A stretch of 63,500 bases of DNA, counting the filler, from Octopus bimaculoides (lineage: Eukaryota), in assembly GCF_001194135.2 (NCBI RefSeq). It is 11 parts of 7 records of this genome, joined end to end, with 100 filler letters (N's around TTAATTAATTAA, not from the genome) between each part and the next. Parts side by side here need not be neighbours in the genome. Positions count along the whole stretch, not along the records: positions 29,061 to 40,747 come from NC_068997.1; positions 40,848 to 44,768 come from NC_068981.1; positions 44,869 to 51,700 come from NC_068985.1; 8 more parts are not named here. One strand, written 5' to 3'. The notes under the pieces were generated by a model. It did not search any database, was not told the origin of the DNA, and worked only from the letters and a program-made list of their open reading frames with translations. The stretch's first letter is position 1. Every line of letters starts with the position of its first letter. The translations under genes and the position numbers were made by a program. Positions 38,763 through 50,919 of this stretch are shown piece by piece.

Positions 38763-39545
38763 NNNNNNNNNNNNNNNNNNNNNNNNNNNNNNNNNNNNNN
38801 NNNNNNNNNNNNNNNNNNNNNNNNNNNNNNNNNNNNNNNNNNNNNNNNNNNNNNNNNNNNNNNNNNNNNNNNNNNNNNNNNNNNNTGATGGTAGTGCTCC
38901 TATATATATATATATATATATATACATATATATAATGATATATTGATAAGAATGAAGTTGTCTTAATTCTCATTTATTTATCATTAACATTTGCTCTGCA
39001 GTAAATGTACAACAATTTACTGTACTAGCCTCGGATTTACCACATGCCTCGTAATATTATTAATTAACTAGTTACCGCTACATTAATTGGTTAATCCACA
39101 AGGGGCATTGATGATACACATTTCGAGCTCTCCATTAGCATGAAGTGCTACCGAGTTAATTGCCTTGATCGTAAAGATCCCTAGTACATGGATATATATT
39201 CATGCATGCATGTATATACGTTTGCGTGTATATACCTATTGTATATATGTGTATCTATGTGTGTGTGTGTATCTGTGTGTATGTGTGTGCGTGTGTGCGC
39301 GCGTGTGTGTATCTGTATTTGTGTTTATTTTCAGATTTCATGTATACGTATAGGTACATATAAGTGTGTGTGTGTGCGCGTATGTTTGAGCGTATATGTG
39401 TGCATGTGTGTGTGTCTGAGTGTGCCTACGCGTGTGTGTATACATGCAATCACACACATGCACGAAGTGATGTGTCTAGATATATATGCGTATCTGTATA
39501 GGTGTATCTACGTCCCTCTCTCTCTTTCTCTCTCTTTCTCTCTCC

Positions 39546-39584
<39 letters not shown>

Positions 39585-39699
39585 CGCGTGTGTGTGTGTG
39601 TGTGTGTGTGTGTGCACGCCTGTATACGTGTATGTCGATTTTTAAGGATGGCGTCCTGCAGTATTTTCAACCCAGACACTACTAACACTACCACAGCTG

Positions 39700-39850
39700 C
39701 GGAAAATCCATTAATCCAATCAGAAAATTAATTACGTTTTCCATGGGGCCAATATCACTTACAAAATGGAGGCTACTTCCGGTTTCCAACAATTTTAATT
39801 CTTCCCAATCAATTTTATCCCCATAATCGTGTCCCTTACGTTTACAACTA
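39700..39850. promoter_or_regulatory. Candidate promoter motif cluster (alternatively a minus-strand exon 39763-39847)
   Basis: CCAATCAG at ~39716, YY1-like AAAATGGAGGC next to ETS ACTTCCGG at ~39763-39782, and a further CCAATC at ~39805. The minus strand has AG|...TTT|GTAAGT enclosing CKRKGHDYGDKIDWEELKLLETGSSLHF. Confidence 0.3.
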
Positions 39851-40512
39851 ACACGGGAGTTCTCTATCAACCGCCAGAACCAGAACTAACATGTACACCA
39901 CCATCACCATCATCATTAACACCACTGCCATCTCCATCACTACTACTACGACTACTACCACCACCACCACCACCACCATAACCAGCTCCATTACATCTAG
40001 CCCCTTCTCTGCAGCCACCCCTATGAACACTACTACGAAAAGAAGTATACCCCACCACACCCAACGCCAGCATTACTACAGCTAACTTCAACATTATTGA
40101 TGGCGTCGCATACATAGTCATCATCATCATCGTCGTTGTCGCCGTAGTCGTCCTCATCATCATCATTATCATCATCATCATCATCACCTCTTCGAAACGA
40201 CATTACTTATTAGGAGACGCCAACGAGAATGTTTCTGCGTGGTCATGCTACTTGCTCGAAAAAGAAACCGAAGCTCCCTCAAAATAAGAACGCAATTTGA
40301 AAATGGAGTCCTAGATAACCATATAAAAGCTGGTTCAGTAAAACACACATATATATCCCTACGATACGCGACTGTGTGTTAAGAAGCTTCCGTCACAACC
40401 TTATGGTAGTGCGTGGCACCTTCGGCAAGTACCTTCAACTATTGTTACGGGCGACCCAAAATTTTTGAGAGAATCTGGTAGAAAGAAACTAGAAGCAATC
40501 CGTCGTATAACT

Positions 40513-40562
<50 letters not shown>

Positions 40563-40889
40563 TTGCAAGATTTTTGATGTGAAATCGTGTGTTGAAACAG
40601 ATGTTGTTGTACTTGGGGATGGTCATATTGCCAGTTTAGCCAATAAAAACATACGCACTGTATATTTGGTGTTAATTTGCTTCAGCTTTATATTACATTA
40701 ATCTTAATCTTATTTCGGCCAGAGTTCTTTAGTCACACTGCTGTGACNNNNNNNNNNNNNNNNNNNNNNNNNNNNNNNNNNNNNNNNNNNNTTAATTAAT
40801 TAANNNNNNNNNNNNNNNNNNNNNNNNNNNNNNNNNNNNNNNNNNNNAGGAAAGAAATGAATCAATAATAAACAATGAGAAGTTGATCA

Positions 40890-42368
40890 TTGGTAACAAA
40901 ACGTCATAATTTGATTGTAGTTCAGAACCATTTACACGGAACTACACGGAACGACACGGAACTACACGAACACTACATTAAACCGAATACAAACCTTAAA
41001 TATTTAAATGCACTTAGCAACCACCCAAACTTTATAAAAAGAGGACTTGTGCAACACATCAGCAAAAGAATCTCATATCTCTCATCCAACGATAGGGCAT
41101 TAGAAAATGCACGTTATCAGCAACAAATTAAGTACCTTTACGCGGAACCCTATAAAGATAACCCACCCGAATAACATTAATATTCAAGATTATACTAATA
41201 GGAATAATAGCCAAAATGTCTACTATAATAATAATCACAAAATCAATAAGAATAACAATAATAGTAATAATAGTAGTAATAACAAAAATAGTAGGAAGAA
41301 CAATACGTTTCATAATAATATTAATAACAGCATTAAATATGATAACGATAACAATACTAATAATGGGAATGATAACAATACCAAGAAAAATAATAATAGC
41401 AATAAAAATTAAAATAATACGCTTTAAAAACCAATGAAGTCCCTGTTAGCAATGATAATATGAAGGTAAATAAAATAGATAAATCGTACAGGAACAACCC
41501 TACCAAAGCTGGTATTAACAGTAATAAAAATAACAATAGAAAGAAGAATAATTATTATAACTACAACTTTACAATTTACAATAATAATGAGGGCAGTTTC
41601 TACACCAAAAACAAAAATATTAAAAATAACAAACGGAATAAAGATAAAACTTGGCTTATAATCCCCTTCGCGATGCAACTAAAAACCAATATAGTTAAAT
41701 CTATAATGAAACTTATAAATAAGTACTTCAATATGAATACCAAATACTCAGAAATCTTTAGCAATAAAATTAGAGTTGTCCATAGCCTAACTAGCAACCT
41801 AGCTACTATTATAGTCTCTATCAACAATAATAAGCTAGACGCCTTGTATGAAACGAGGAAGAATAACAATAAAAATCACAACAACCAATCGATTGATATA
41901 ATAAGCGATCTCCAAAATAATTCATCCTCTAAAAATTCGGACAACAACCTTATAAATAATAATCCCCTGCCCCAACTTATCATAGACAAAGATAATCTTA
42001 CAAATCTATGTGGCTGCAGAGACAAACATACCTGTGAATTCTTCAAAAATGAAACGAAACTTAGATATAATTCTGATTCCTCAAGTTTCAGATATAGAAG
42101 AAAAACGAACTCTACCGGACTAAGTAGTTACATCTGGGAACTGAAAGACAGAAACATTAATTATAGATTAGAATGGCGTATTCTAGCCAAAACATTTTCA
42201 TATAAGCTTAATAATAATCGCTGTAATTTATGCATAAATGAAAAATTCTTCATTTTAATGGACAAATCAGAATTACATAATAAACGAGACAAAAAAATTA
42301 ACATTTTTTGCATAAAGATAAATTCTTATTCTCTAAATACCGCTAGTACCTACATTACAGGTTACTAG
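40890..42368 (+). mobile_element. Penelope-like retroelement (Naiad-like) 3' half: RT thumb, Asn-rich linker and GIY-YIG endonuclease remnant
   Basis: YIKPNTNLKYLNALSNHPNFIK (thumb); WLIIPF...TNIVK; CGCRDKHTC; STGLSSYIWELKD...WRIL...CNLCINEKFFIL...NKRD. The 5' end abuts an assembly join. Confidence 0.85.
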
Positions 42369-42629
42369 CTGACCTGCCTAACATCTTATTACCTCCTCTA
42401 ACCATCCCACTTACCACAGAGCATAATTTAACATTACATCACGATTTAAAATTAAATTACCCCGATTAACCGAACTATCTATTTAAAATTCTACGTTGTA
42501 CACCAGGGGATATACTCTCTATAATATATTCACTTTAAAGCTAAATTGCCGACTCACATAACACGTTGTATTTTTTATATATTTCTATTTATTTACTCTT
42601 TAACTTTTTTATTATTCCTTTACGTAGCC

Positions 42630-42714
<85 letters not shown>

Positions 42715-43069
42715 GTATATGTATATATATATATTATGCCGTACTAACTTTAAAAGGTAGCCTTAGTTTTTAACAAGGGCATTACTAGTAATCATAGGGA
42801 CTAACCTAGCGGTCACTAACTGCGTTACATATGACAATTACCAATACGGGATATCTCTACCAGGTATAAATCCTTCGACTAACACCGCCGGTCAACTAGT
42901 CATTTTCCCAACTTGCTGCTCCATTCATCTAATTGAAGAACCGTACACACACGTGGCACTCCAAAAGTCACTAAAACGTAAGCCTAAAGACTTAACGAAC
43001 TCTTTCATTTTTCTTTTGCCTTTGCCTTTTTCTTTTCATTTCCCTTTTTCTCCTTTTTATATTCCTCTA

Positions 43070-43151
43070 AATCATTCTGACGATATTCATTAAATGGAAC
43101 GAGATAAATGCAAATTTACTTCGATATGAGTAGAAACGGCTGCAAATGATT
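43070..43151 (+). ncRNA. Type I hammerhead ribozyme fold (PLE-associated) with GCA in place of the GUH cleavage triplet
   Basis: Stem I AATCATT 43070-76 / AATGATT 43145-51; core CTGACGA 43077-83; stem II TATTCAT 43084-90 / ATGAGTA 43126-32; GAAA 43133-36; short stem III C-ggct-G; triplet GCA 43142-44. Confidence 0.75.
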
Positions 43152-43389
43152 CTGAACTACAATTAAACTATAACCTTTTAATACCAATGATCAACTTCTC
43201 ATTGTTTATTATTGGTCTATTTCTTTTCTTTTCTATATATATATGTATATTAAACCACGGTTTTACCTCTAAATTACCAACTACTGTATACCTTATAGCT
43301 AGGACTATACATAGTGAGGTAATACACCAGTAGTGCTTACGGATACATTTATCCCTTACACCGTTACATAACCTCTAACTCATATTTTT

Positions 43390-43433
<44 letters not shown>

Positions 43434-43465
43434 ACTTGGGGATGGTCATATTGCCAGTTTAGCCA

Positions 43466-43498
<33 letters not shown>

Positions 43499-43640
43499 TA
43501 TAAATCAGAAATGGAAAAACAAAACAATAAATTGAGCAATTGTAAATTCAATTCAACTTAAATATTTTATACAAACAAATGTCACGTCTCATAAATTTCC
43601 GCTGTACCCGCTTCATTAATAAAACGAAGTTTTTCAATAA

Positions 43641-43787
43641 TAATCAAATCTGTTTAAATATGTAATGTTGCTTCATCAGATTAATACACCATCTGAACTA
43701 TGTGACGAAAAAATATTTTTCATCACATAGTTCAGAAAGTATCTTAATCTGATGAAGCAACGTTATATATTTAAACAGATCTGATTA
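43641..43787. repeat. ~147-nt near-perfect foldback hairpin
   Basis: ATCTGTTTAAATAT, GTTGCTTCATCAGATTAA and TCTGAACTATGTGA are each mirrored by reverse complements around a tiny central loop at ~43712-43715. Confidence 0.85.
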
Positions 43788-43949
43788 TATATATATATAT
43801 ATATTTGGCAAAACATACGGATAGAATAAGTACTAAGCTTCCAAAGATTAAATTCTGTGGTCGATTTCTTCGACTAAATGCGGTGCTCCAGCAACTCCGG
43901 AGTCACATAACCAGAACAACTAAAACAATACAAAAAAACTATGCCATTT

Positions 43950-43982
43950 TGACCCCGAGCAACACCGGGTATCGTTACTAGT
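43950..43982 (+). mobile_element. Helitron-type 3' terminus
   Basis: Hairpin CCCG-AGCAACAC-CGGG followed 8 nt later by CTAG|T. Confidence 0.55.
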
Positions 43983-44737
43983 TGTATATAAAGAAGCTTC
44001 ACTCCTAAGATGAACCAAAACTGAGGTTGGGGGCAGGTGCAGTAATGATATTCGTCAACCTTTAGTTAAAACTACAGACATAAGGCTTTTGGCATATCTT
44101 CCAGAAATACATGAAATCAAATTCAGTGCAACAAATGCCAAAAGTCATGAACAAACATAATAAGGCTAAATTATTTAATATTATGACGTAATTATAAAAA
44201 CAGAACGGATTCTTTGTAGTTAACACATAATATATTATTTTTATTATTATATGAATAATAGAATATACTCGATATTGCAATCAACTTACAGGTATTTAAT
44301 GTTTTCCAAGTCCAATAGTTTCTGAGCTATTGAATGAGCTAAAAACTTAAATGTTTTATGCTGACAACACAATACACATCCGTTCACATTGGTATATTGA
44401 AAACTCATTAAAAGAACAAAACAATATATAACCGATACGAAAAGAGAAGAAAAACAGTGGCGTAAGACATAATATTAATTATTTATGTGAGAAGAAATAA
44501 AATACTTATAGCTATGGTGCATGTAATGTGCTTATAGATTATCATTCAATAGGTTGGTGTCATTATGGAAGTAATTATAAATACACATATATACTATGCA
44601 TGCGCTTATACACACACACACACACATTTATGTACATATACATATTATTAGAAGCTGATGTTTTTTGTGCGTGTCTGTAAGTGAGTGTATGAGTATATAT
44701 GTATGCATAAATATATGTATGTATGTGTGTATGTATG

Positions 44738-44768
<31 letters not shown>

Positions 44769-44957
44769 NNNNNNNNNNNNNNNNNNNNNNNNNNNNNNNN
44801 NNNNNNNNNNNNTTAATTAATTAANNNNNNNNNNNNNNNNNNNNNNNNNNNNNNNNNNNNNNNNNNNNAGTCCTGGGCTTGATTTGTTCAACTAAAGGCA
44901 GTGCTCCAGCACGGCCACAATCAAATGACTGAAGCAAATAAAAAAATACCAAGCTTT

Positions 44958-45370
44958 GAAGTAAAAAAGACCCGCTTTAGGGAATCGAAAAGGAGTGATG
45001 TTTCATCAGGACAATGCGTGACCCCACACTGCAAAGGTCACAACACAGAAGATCGAAGAGCTTGGTTGGGAAAAAATTCCTCATCCACCTTATTCCTTTA
45101 GACTACCATTTTTTACGTAGTTTACAGAATAATTTAGGGGACATATCTTTCGCAAGCCAGGAGGAGGTTGAAACTGATATTTCAGAGTTCTTCGCTTTGA
45201 AACCAAAAGAGTTTTACATTGATCGGATTAAAAAGCTCGTAAATAGATGGAAGGAAGTCATAGGTAATGAAGGGAAAGTACATTGATGATTAAATTTCAA
45301 TTAAATATAACATTTGATCACTTGTTTTCTTTATTCAAAATTCGCACAGAACTTATGGGATGACCTGATA
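44958..45370 (+). mobile_element. Mariner (DD34D) transposase 3' fragment with right TIR; pseudogene
   Basis: NRKGVMFHQDNA*PHTAKVTTQKIEELGWEKIPHPPYS then DYHFLRSLQN...EFYIDRIKKLVNRWKEV. The YSPDLAPSD motif is partly deleted; terminus AACTTATGGGATGACCTGATA. Confidence 0.9.
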
Positions 45371-46618
45371 TATATCATAGGCTCAGGAACAAGTGGTGCA
45401 AGCGTATCTTCAAAATGCTTGCGGAGTGGGGAAGGGGCAATGAAAATGGTTCTTACACCCTCTTGAAAATCTGGGTTTGCACCCCGATGCAAATTTCGTT
45501 CATGCACTTATTACATTGTAACTATCAGATCGAAAAAAAACAACCCAAAAAACAAACAGAAGCACTTGTGGTACAAAACTATATGTATGCAAATGAAGAA
45601 GTGATCCAATAGACATTACGTCAGAGGATTTAGCCATACCAAATAAAAGCTAAAAAGATAAAAGGAAAGGAAATTTTTCAAGGCTTCTAAAAAAATCCCT
45701 GATAATTGATCGTTAACAATTGCAGCAAAAAGAAAAAGAAAAAAACCTGCGCCAATGACCAGGTTTCAGAAGTTTGACGTAATTTCGTCCACATCAAGAA
45801 ATGGCTTTTCGTGAAAGTTGGATTTTGATTCAGGGGAGATAATTCAGCTATAATTTTATGTTAATTGCTTCCCTTGCATCACAATTGCGTCAATATTTGT
45901 CCGAAGACATGGAAAGTTACTGATTCTTTAATTGTTATTATATTTCACGAATCGCTGCATATTTTTAATTACCTTTGAATGGTCTAGGTAATTAAATATG
46001 TTCATACTTACTGGCCTATTATTCTGATACAGGTCAAACATCAGACTCATTTAATTTATGAACGATTTCATTGGATTGTCAGATAAATTCGTTGGGTTTT
46101 TTTTTTCCCCCCATTTATCTTTATTCTTTCCAATGTGATTTGAAATAAAATGAAAAATGTTCTTATTGTATTCATTTATTTATTGTTTTGTAGCTATATT
46201 CTTTTTCTACAACACTTCTTNNNNNNNNNNNNNNNNNNNNNNNNNNNNNNNNNNNNNNNNNNNNNNNNNNNNNNNNNNNNNNNNNNNNNNNNNNNNNNNN
46301 NNNNNNNNNNNNNNNNNNNNNNNNNNNNNNNNNNNNNNNNNNNNNNNNNNNNNNNNNNNNNNNNNNNNNNNNNNNNNNNNNNNNNNNNNNNNNNNNNNNN
46401 NNNNNNNNNNNNNNNNNNNNNNNNNNNNNNNNNNNNNNNNNNNNNNNNNNNNNNNNNNNNNNNNNNNNNNNNNNNNNNNNNNNNNNNNNNNNNNNNNNNN
46501 NNNNNNNNNNNNNNNNNNNNNNNNNNNNNNNNNNNNNNNNNNNNNNNNNNNNNNNNNNNNNNNNNNNNNNNNNNNNNNNNNNNNNNNNNNNNNNNNNNNN
46601 NNNNNNNNNNNNNNNNNN

Positions 46619-46757
46619 ACCAAATCCACTCACAAGGCTTTGGTCGGCCCAAGGCTATAGTAGAAGACACTTGCCCAAGGTGACACACAGTGGGACTGAA
46701 CCCAGAACCATGTGGTTGGTAGCAAGCTACTTACCACACAGCCACTCCTGCGCCTAT
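46619..46757 (-). mobile_element. SINE family B copy
   Basis: CCAAATCCACTCACAAGGCTTTGGTCGGCCC...CACACAGCCACTCCTGCGCC. Confidence 0.85.
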
Positions 46758-47407
46758 ATTCTGTAAATTTCTCAGTAACATGCAGAAGCATTTGTTATGG
46801 TAGTAGAAACTTTTGCAATTTGTTCGAAATTTGGATCTTGTTCTTGAAAAATAAAACTCATAAACCTAAGGTTTTGTAAAGCAGTGAGGTATAATTGTAT
46901 TTAATTTCACAGGAAATTTATATTTCGTCATTTTAAGGTGGCGGGGGGCTAGTCTTTGTTAGCAGTCAACATTTATGGATATGTTCTGGTCTTCTTAAAC
47001 CTCATCAGCAAAAGGTTTTTACATGTATAAAATGAATTACAAAGAGTTTTAGCAAATATAGAGAATATTGTATAATTTCTGAATTGTTTATACCTACCCA
47101 GTCATTTGTTAGCTGTCGTGACACTGCGTCCTTTAAAAATTCCATACTTACCAAAATTTGATAAAACAGCTTTCAGCTCTTTTACTGTCAACATTTCCTT
47201 GCATGCATTAATCTACATGTTGCACATGCACTTCTTGTTTTAATTGCTGTCTTTCTTTTCTTGGCTTATGGCTGCTTTTTATCTTTTCTTTTAATCTTTT
47301 CTCAATTGCCAGTGCACTTGAGAGCTGTACACAATAAGCTCCTTACTATTATTATTATTATGAGACACCCAGTGTTCAGGGCTACACTATATGCTGTGCT
47401 TTTTAAT

Positions 47408-47612
47408 TTAACCCATTAATGCATAGCATCCAGAAAAATAGACACAGGAAAAATTACTATTGTTTGTTAAGTAAACTACCTATTGAGTTTATTTTTGGTA
47501 TAGTCTGCCTCTAAACAAGTGCTCTATGAGTGAGTAGGTGCTATACACATGTACGAAACAAATGATAGTAATTTTTTTCCATTTTTCTGGACATTAAACA
47601 TTAATGGGTTAA
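47408..47612. mobile_element. piggyBac-like MITE with TTAA target-site duplication
   Basis: TTAA-CCCATTAATG (47408-47421) ... CATTAATGGG-TTAA (47599-47612). Confidence 0.7.
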
Positions 47613-47747
47613 GACAGTAATGCACAATTTGAAGAATATTTAGCTGCTACTTCAAGCAGGTCAGTTGACTGACAAGAAGCTCTCTTAAGCAGATGTTTTC
47701 TGAGGAAAGCAAATGCTGGGTATGTATTCAAAAGCTGCCAAAAAAAG

Positions 47748-49051
47748 TCAACCATTCCTCAGAATCAGTGTCAGTGGTATCAAGCACAGTACAAAGATCA
47801 GTGGAGACTGGCAGTCCCCTTGGAAGATGCCCCTCCTAATTTCTACTGTCCCTAAACTTCTTCCGTATACTGTCAGGTCCGTCCTCCAATTCGCCATACT
47901 TTTTCCAAGCAATCGCTCAACATTCAATGCAATACCAAATAGGTTCATACAATTCCATATTCCAAGAATGTGGGATCATATCGTATGCCTTATGATAGTC
48001 GATCCATGACATGTCTAAGTTAACTTTCCTCCGCTTGCATTCTCTAAGTACAGTTTTGCCTAGCAGGACATGATCCTTGGAACCTCTGCACTTACGCTTG
48101 CAACGCTTCTGCTCGTGTGGCAGGGCACCATTTCTTCCAAATGTTCGTACATTGACTCTGCGACTATTCCAGTCAATAATTTCCACTTAAATGGCAAGCA
48201 GGATATCGGCCTAGAATTGTCTACCGTATTGCTTTTTCGTTGTTTTTCAAGCACAGTGCCAGTCCTACCCATTGTCAACAACTCTGGTGTTACTCAGTCG
48301 GCAATTAACAAGGTGTTGTGTTGTGCAGCTATTCGTGCATGACATTCCCCAAATCATTTGATCAAGTAGCCTTGAACTCCATCTGGTCCCAGAGCCTTCC
48401 AATTGCCCACGTTTTGCTGATTTCCTTCACTTCGCAAACAGAAATGACTAGTTCTCCCTGTTTTGGACAGACTGCTGTTTGTTTCAGTTCTTGCAGCCAT
48501 TCGGCATCCATCTTGTGCTCCTTATCTTTGCTCCAGATGTCATTCCAAAACCTTTGACTTTCGATGTTATCTGGTATCAACTTTTCATCTGTACACTCTC
48601 CATTTATTTCTTTATAGAATCTCTTCTGATCTACTCTGAATAACCTATTCTGGTGGTAACCCTTCATTTTTTGGTCGTATCTTACCATCTTTGCTTTCTT
48701 TGTAACAAGGCGCTGTTTCAGTTCCTCCACTACTACTTTCAGGCCCTTTCTTTCAATATTATACTTCCTGTTCAGTGCCCTGTATTTTTGTTCGTTTTTA
48801 AGCTCCCCTTTCTCTTTTCGGTCTAACACACAGATTTCCATTGAGACCATGTCTAACCCTGCCTGGATTCTTCTTTTCCACCATGGATATTTTCTTTTGT
48901 CACTCCCATTATATTTCTTTTTCCTGACATCAAAACCCACGTTTTCTGCTACAACAATATTTGCCGCCTTGATCAAATTATTTGTTTCTGTGATGTTGTT
49001 TGTTCTGATGTATTTCAGAATTTCATTGACATTTTTCGTTTCTTGGTTCAA
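47748..49051 (-). mobile_element. R4/Dong-clade non-LTR retrotransposon ORF fragment (pre-RT region and RT N-half), frameshifted
   Basis: [59 protein letters not shown]...GSKDHVL, WIDYHKAYDMIPHSW, IRRGIFQGDCQSPLIFVLCLIPLT. Confidence 0.9.
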
Positions 49052-49054
49052 TTA

Positions 49055-49140
<86 letters not shown>

Positions 49141-49559
49141 TTATTTATCCAAGTTCTTTCGTCACACATTCTGTGACCTCTTCAGTGTGTTTTTGTTCCT
49201 TGGGTCACACTGAATTTGTCTTGACTTTTCCATTTTGCATTTCCATTCTAGCTCTCTCCTAAACTGAGAATTAATTAACTCTTATAATGATTAACTGATT
49301 GCTTTATGATTTTATGTGCAATCACTAATTAGTCTTATTAACCCTTTCATTAACATATTTCTGTTGAATTACTCAGCCACTGTTTCAATTAATTTCTTAA
49401 AATTTGTAGCCAAGCTGGCTACAAATTAGCTGTGAAGGCACGTGGCCTGATGGTTATGGGTGTTTAATTCATGATCATAAAGTCAGGAGTTCAATTCCTG
49501 GCTTTTGAGTATCATACTCTATTTCAGTGGTTCCTGACCTTTTATTTTAGGTGTTTTTG

Positions 49560-49800
49560 TATTGGGTTGGTGCATAATTATTGCGACTTTTTTTCAACAA
49601 ATTTTATTCCACAAAAACAATGACAATATGTAGCAAAAACATCTTTAAATGATTATTCCGGAGCATATTCACCATCAACTTCAATTACTGCTTCCCAGTT
49701 GCTTGGCAGACGGTCAGACCGTCATTTAAAGATGCTTTTGTTAAATATTGTTATTGGTTTTGTTGAATAAAAGCCGCCATGATTATGCACCAACCCAATG
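49560..49800. mobile_element. Mariner-derived MITE
   Basis: TIRs TATTGGGTTGGTGCATAAT / ATTATGCACCAACCCAAT; internal minus-strand LPSNWEAVIEVDGEYAPE* resembles a mariner C-terminus. Confidence 0.8.
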
Positions 49801-50216
49801 GTTGTGGGCAGACATAAACCGCGTCCTCAACACCTGCCCTCACTCTTGACCCAACAGAAAATCCAGATTATGACAGTTGCAGAGTGAGAGACCCCCTGTA
49901 CTACCTTTACTAACCACCAGGGGTCCGTGGCTGGAAGCCATTGCTTTATTTCATGTTCCTTCTTTCAACTCAACTTAGTGCTTGTGCAAATATCTCTCTC
50001 TCTCTCTCTNNNNNNNNNNNNNNNNNNNNNNNNNNNNNNNNNNNNNNNNNNNNNNNNNNNNNNNNNNNNNNNNNNNNNNNNNNNNNNNNNNNNNNNNNNN
50101 NNNNNNNNNNNNNNNNNNNNNNNNNNNNNNNNNNNNNNNNNNNNNNNNNNNNNNNNNNNNNNNNNNNNNNNNNNNNNNNNNNNNNNNNNNNNNNNNNNNN
50201 NNNNNNNNNNNNNNNN

Positions 50217-50450
50217 TTTTATTCAACAAAACCAATAACAATATTTAACAAAAGCATCTTTAAATGACGGTCTGACCGTCTGCCAAGCAACTGGGAAGCA
50301 GTAATTGAAGTTGATGGTGAATATGCTCCGGAATAATCATTTAAAGATGTTTTTGCTACATATTGTCATTGTTTTTGTTGAATAAAATTTGTTGAAAAAA
50401 AGTCGCAATAATTATGCACCAACCCAATACAAAAACACCTAAAATAAAAG
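50217..50450. repeat. Inverted near-identical copy of 49539-49773 (MITE plus 21-bp flank)
   Basis: Reverse-complement match with about one mismatch, including the flank CTTTTATTTTAGGTGTTTTTG. Confidence 0.85.
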
Positions 50451-50751
50451 CAGGGTACATGTTCCCAAACCAAACATGCTCACCAGTAACGACTGGCCAT
50501 CCTATACTTGTACTTCTTAACTAGAACATACGATAATGATTTTCTAAGATAGGATGAGTAAAGCTAGCATGTCTTTCGTTACAATTTCAAGATAAACTAG
50601 CCCTGGGGGAAAAAAGTCAAAGCTGAAATATCTTTGTTTTATCAAGGCTGATCTGGGTGGAGTTTAAACAGGAAAACTGACATCGTAATCTTGTTATGAT
50701 GTCATGAGTTGCACTGCAACACTTACCACCCAATAAGAAATATTCAAGGAC

Positions 50752-50918
50752 AGACGCAGGAGCGGCTGTGTGATAAGTAGCTTGCTTACCAACAACATGG
50801 TTCTGGATTCAGTCCCACTGCATGGCACCATGGGCAAGTGTCTTCTACTAGAGCCTCGGGCCGACCAAAACCTTATGAGTAGACTTGGTAGACAGAAACT
50901 GAAAGAAGCCTGTCGTAT
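50752..50918 (+). mobile_element. SINE family B copy
   Basis: GACGCAGGAGCGGCTGTGTGATAAGTAGC...GAAAGAAGCCTGTCG. Confidence 0.8.
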
Positions 50919-50919
50919 A

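Noticed and set aside
38707-38930. Direct repeat TGATGGTAGTGCTCCTATATA on both sides of a gap
   Set aside because: Typical duplicated contig end at a (TA)n gap.
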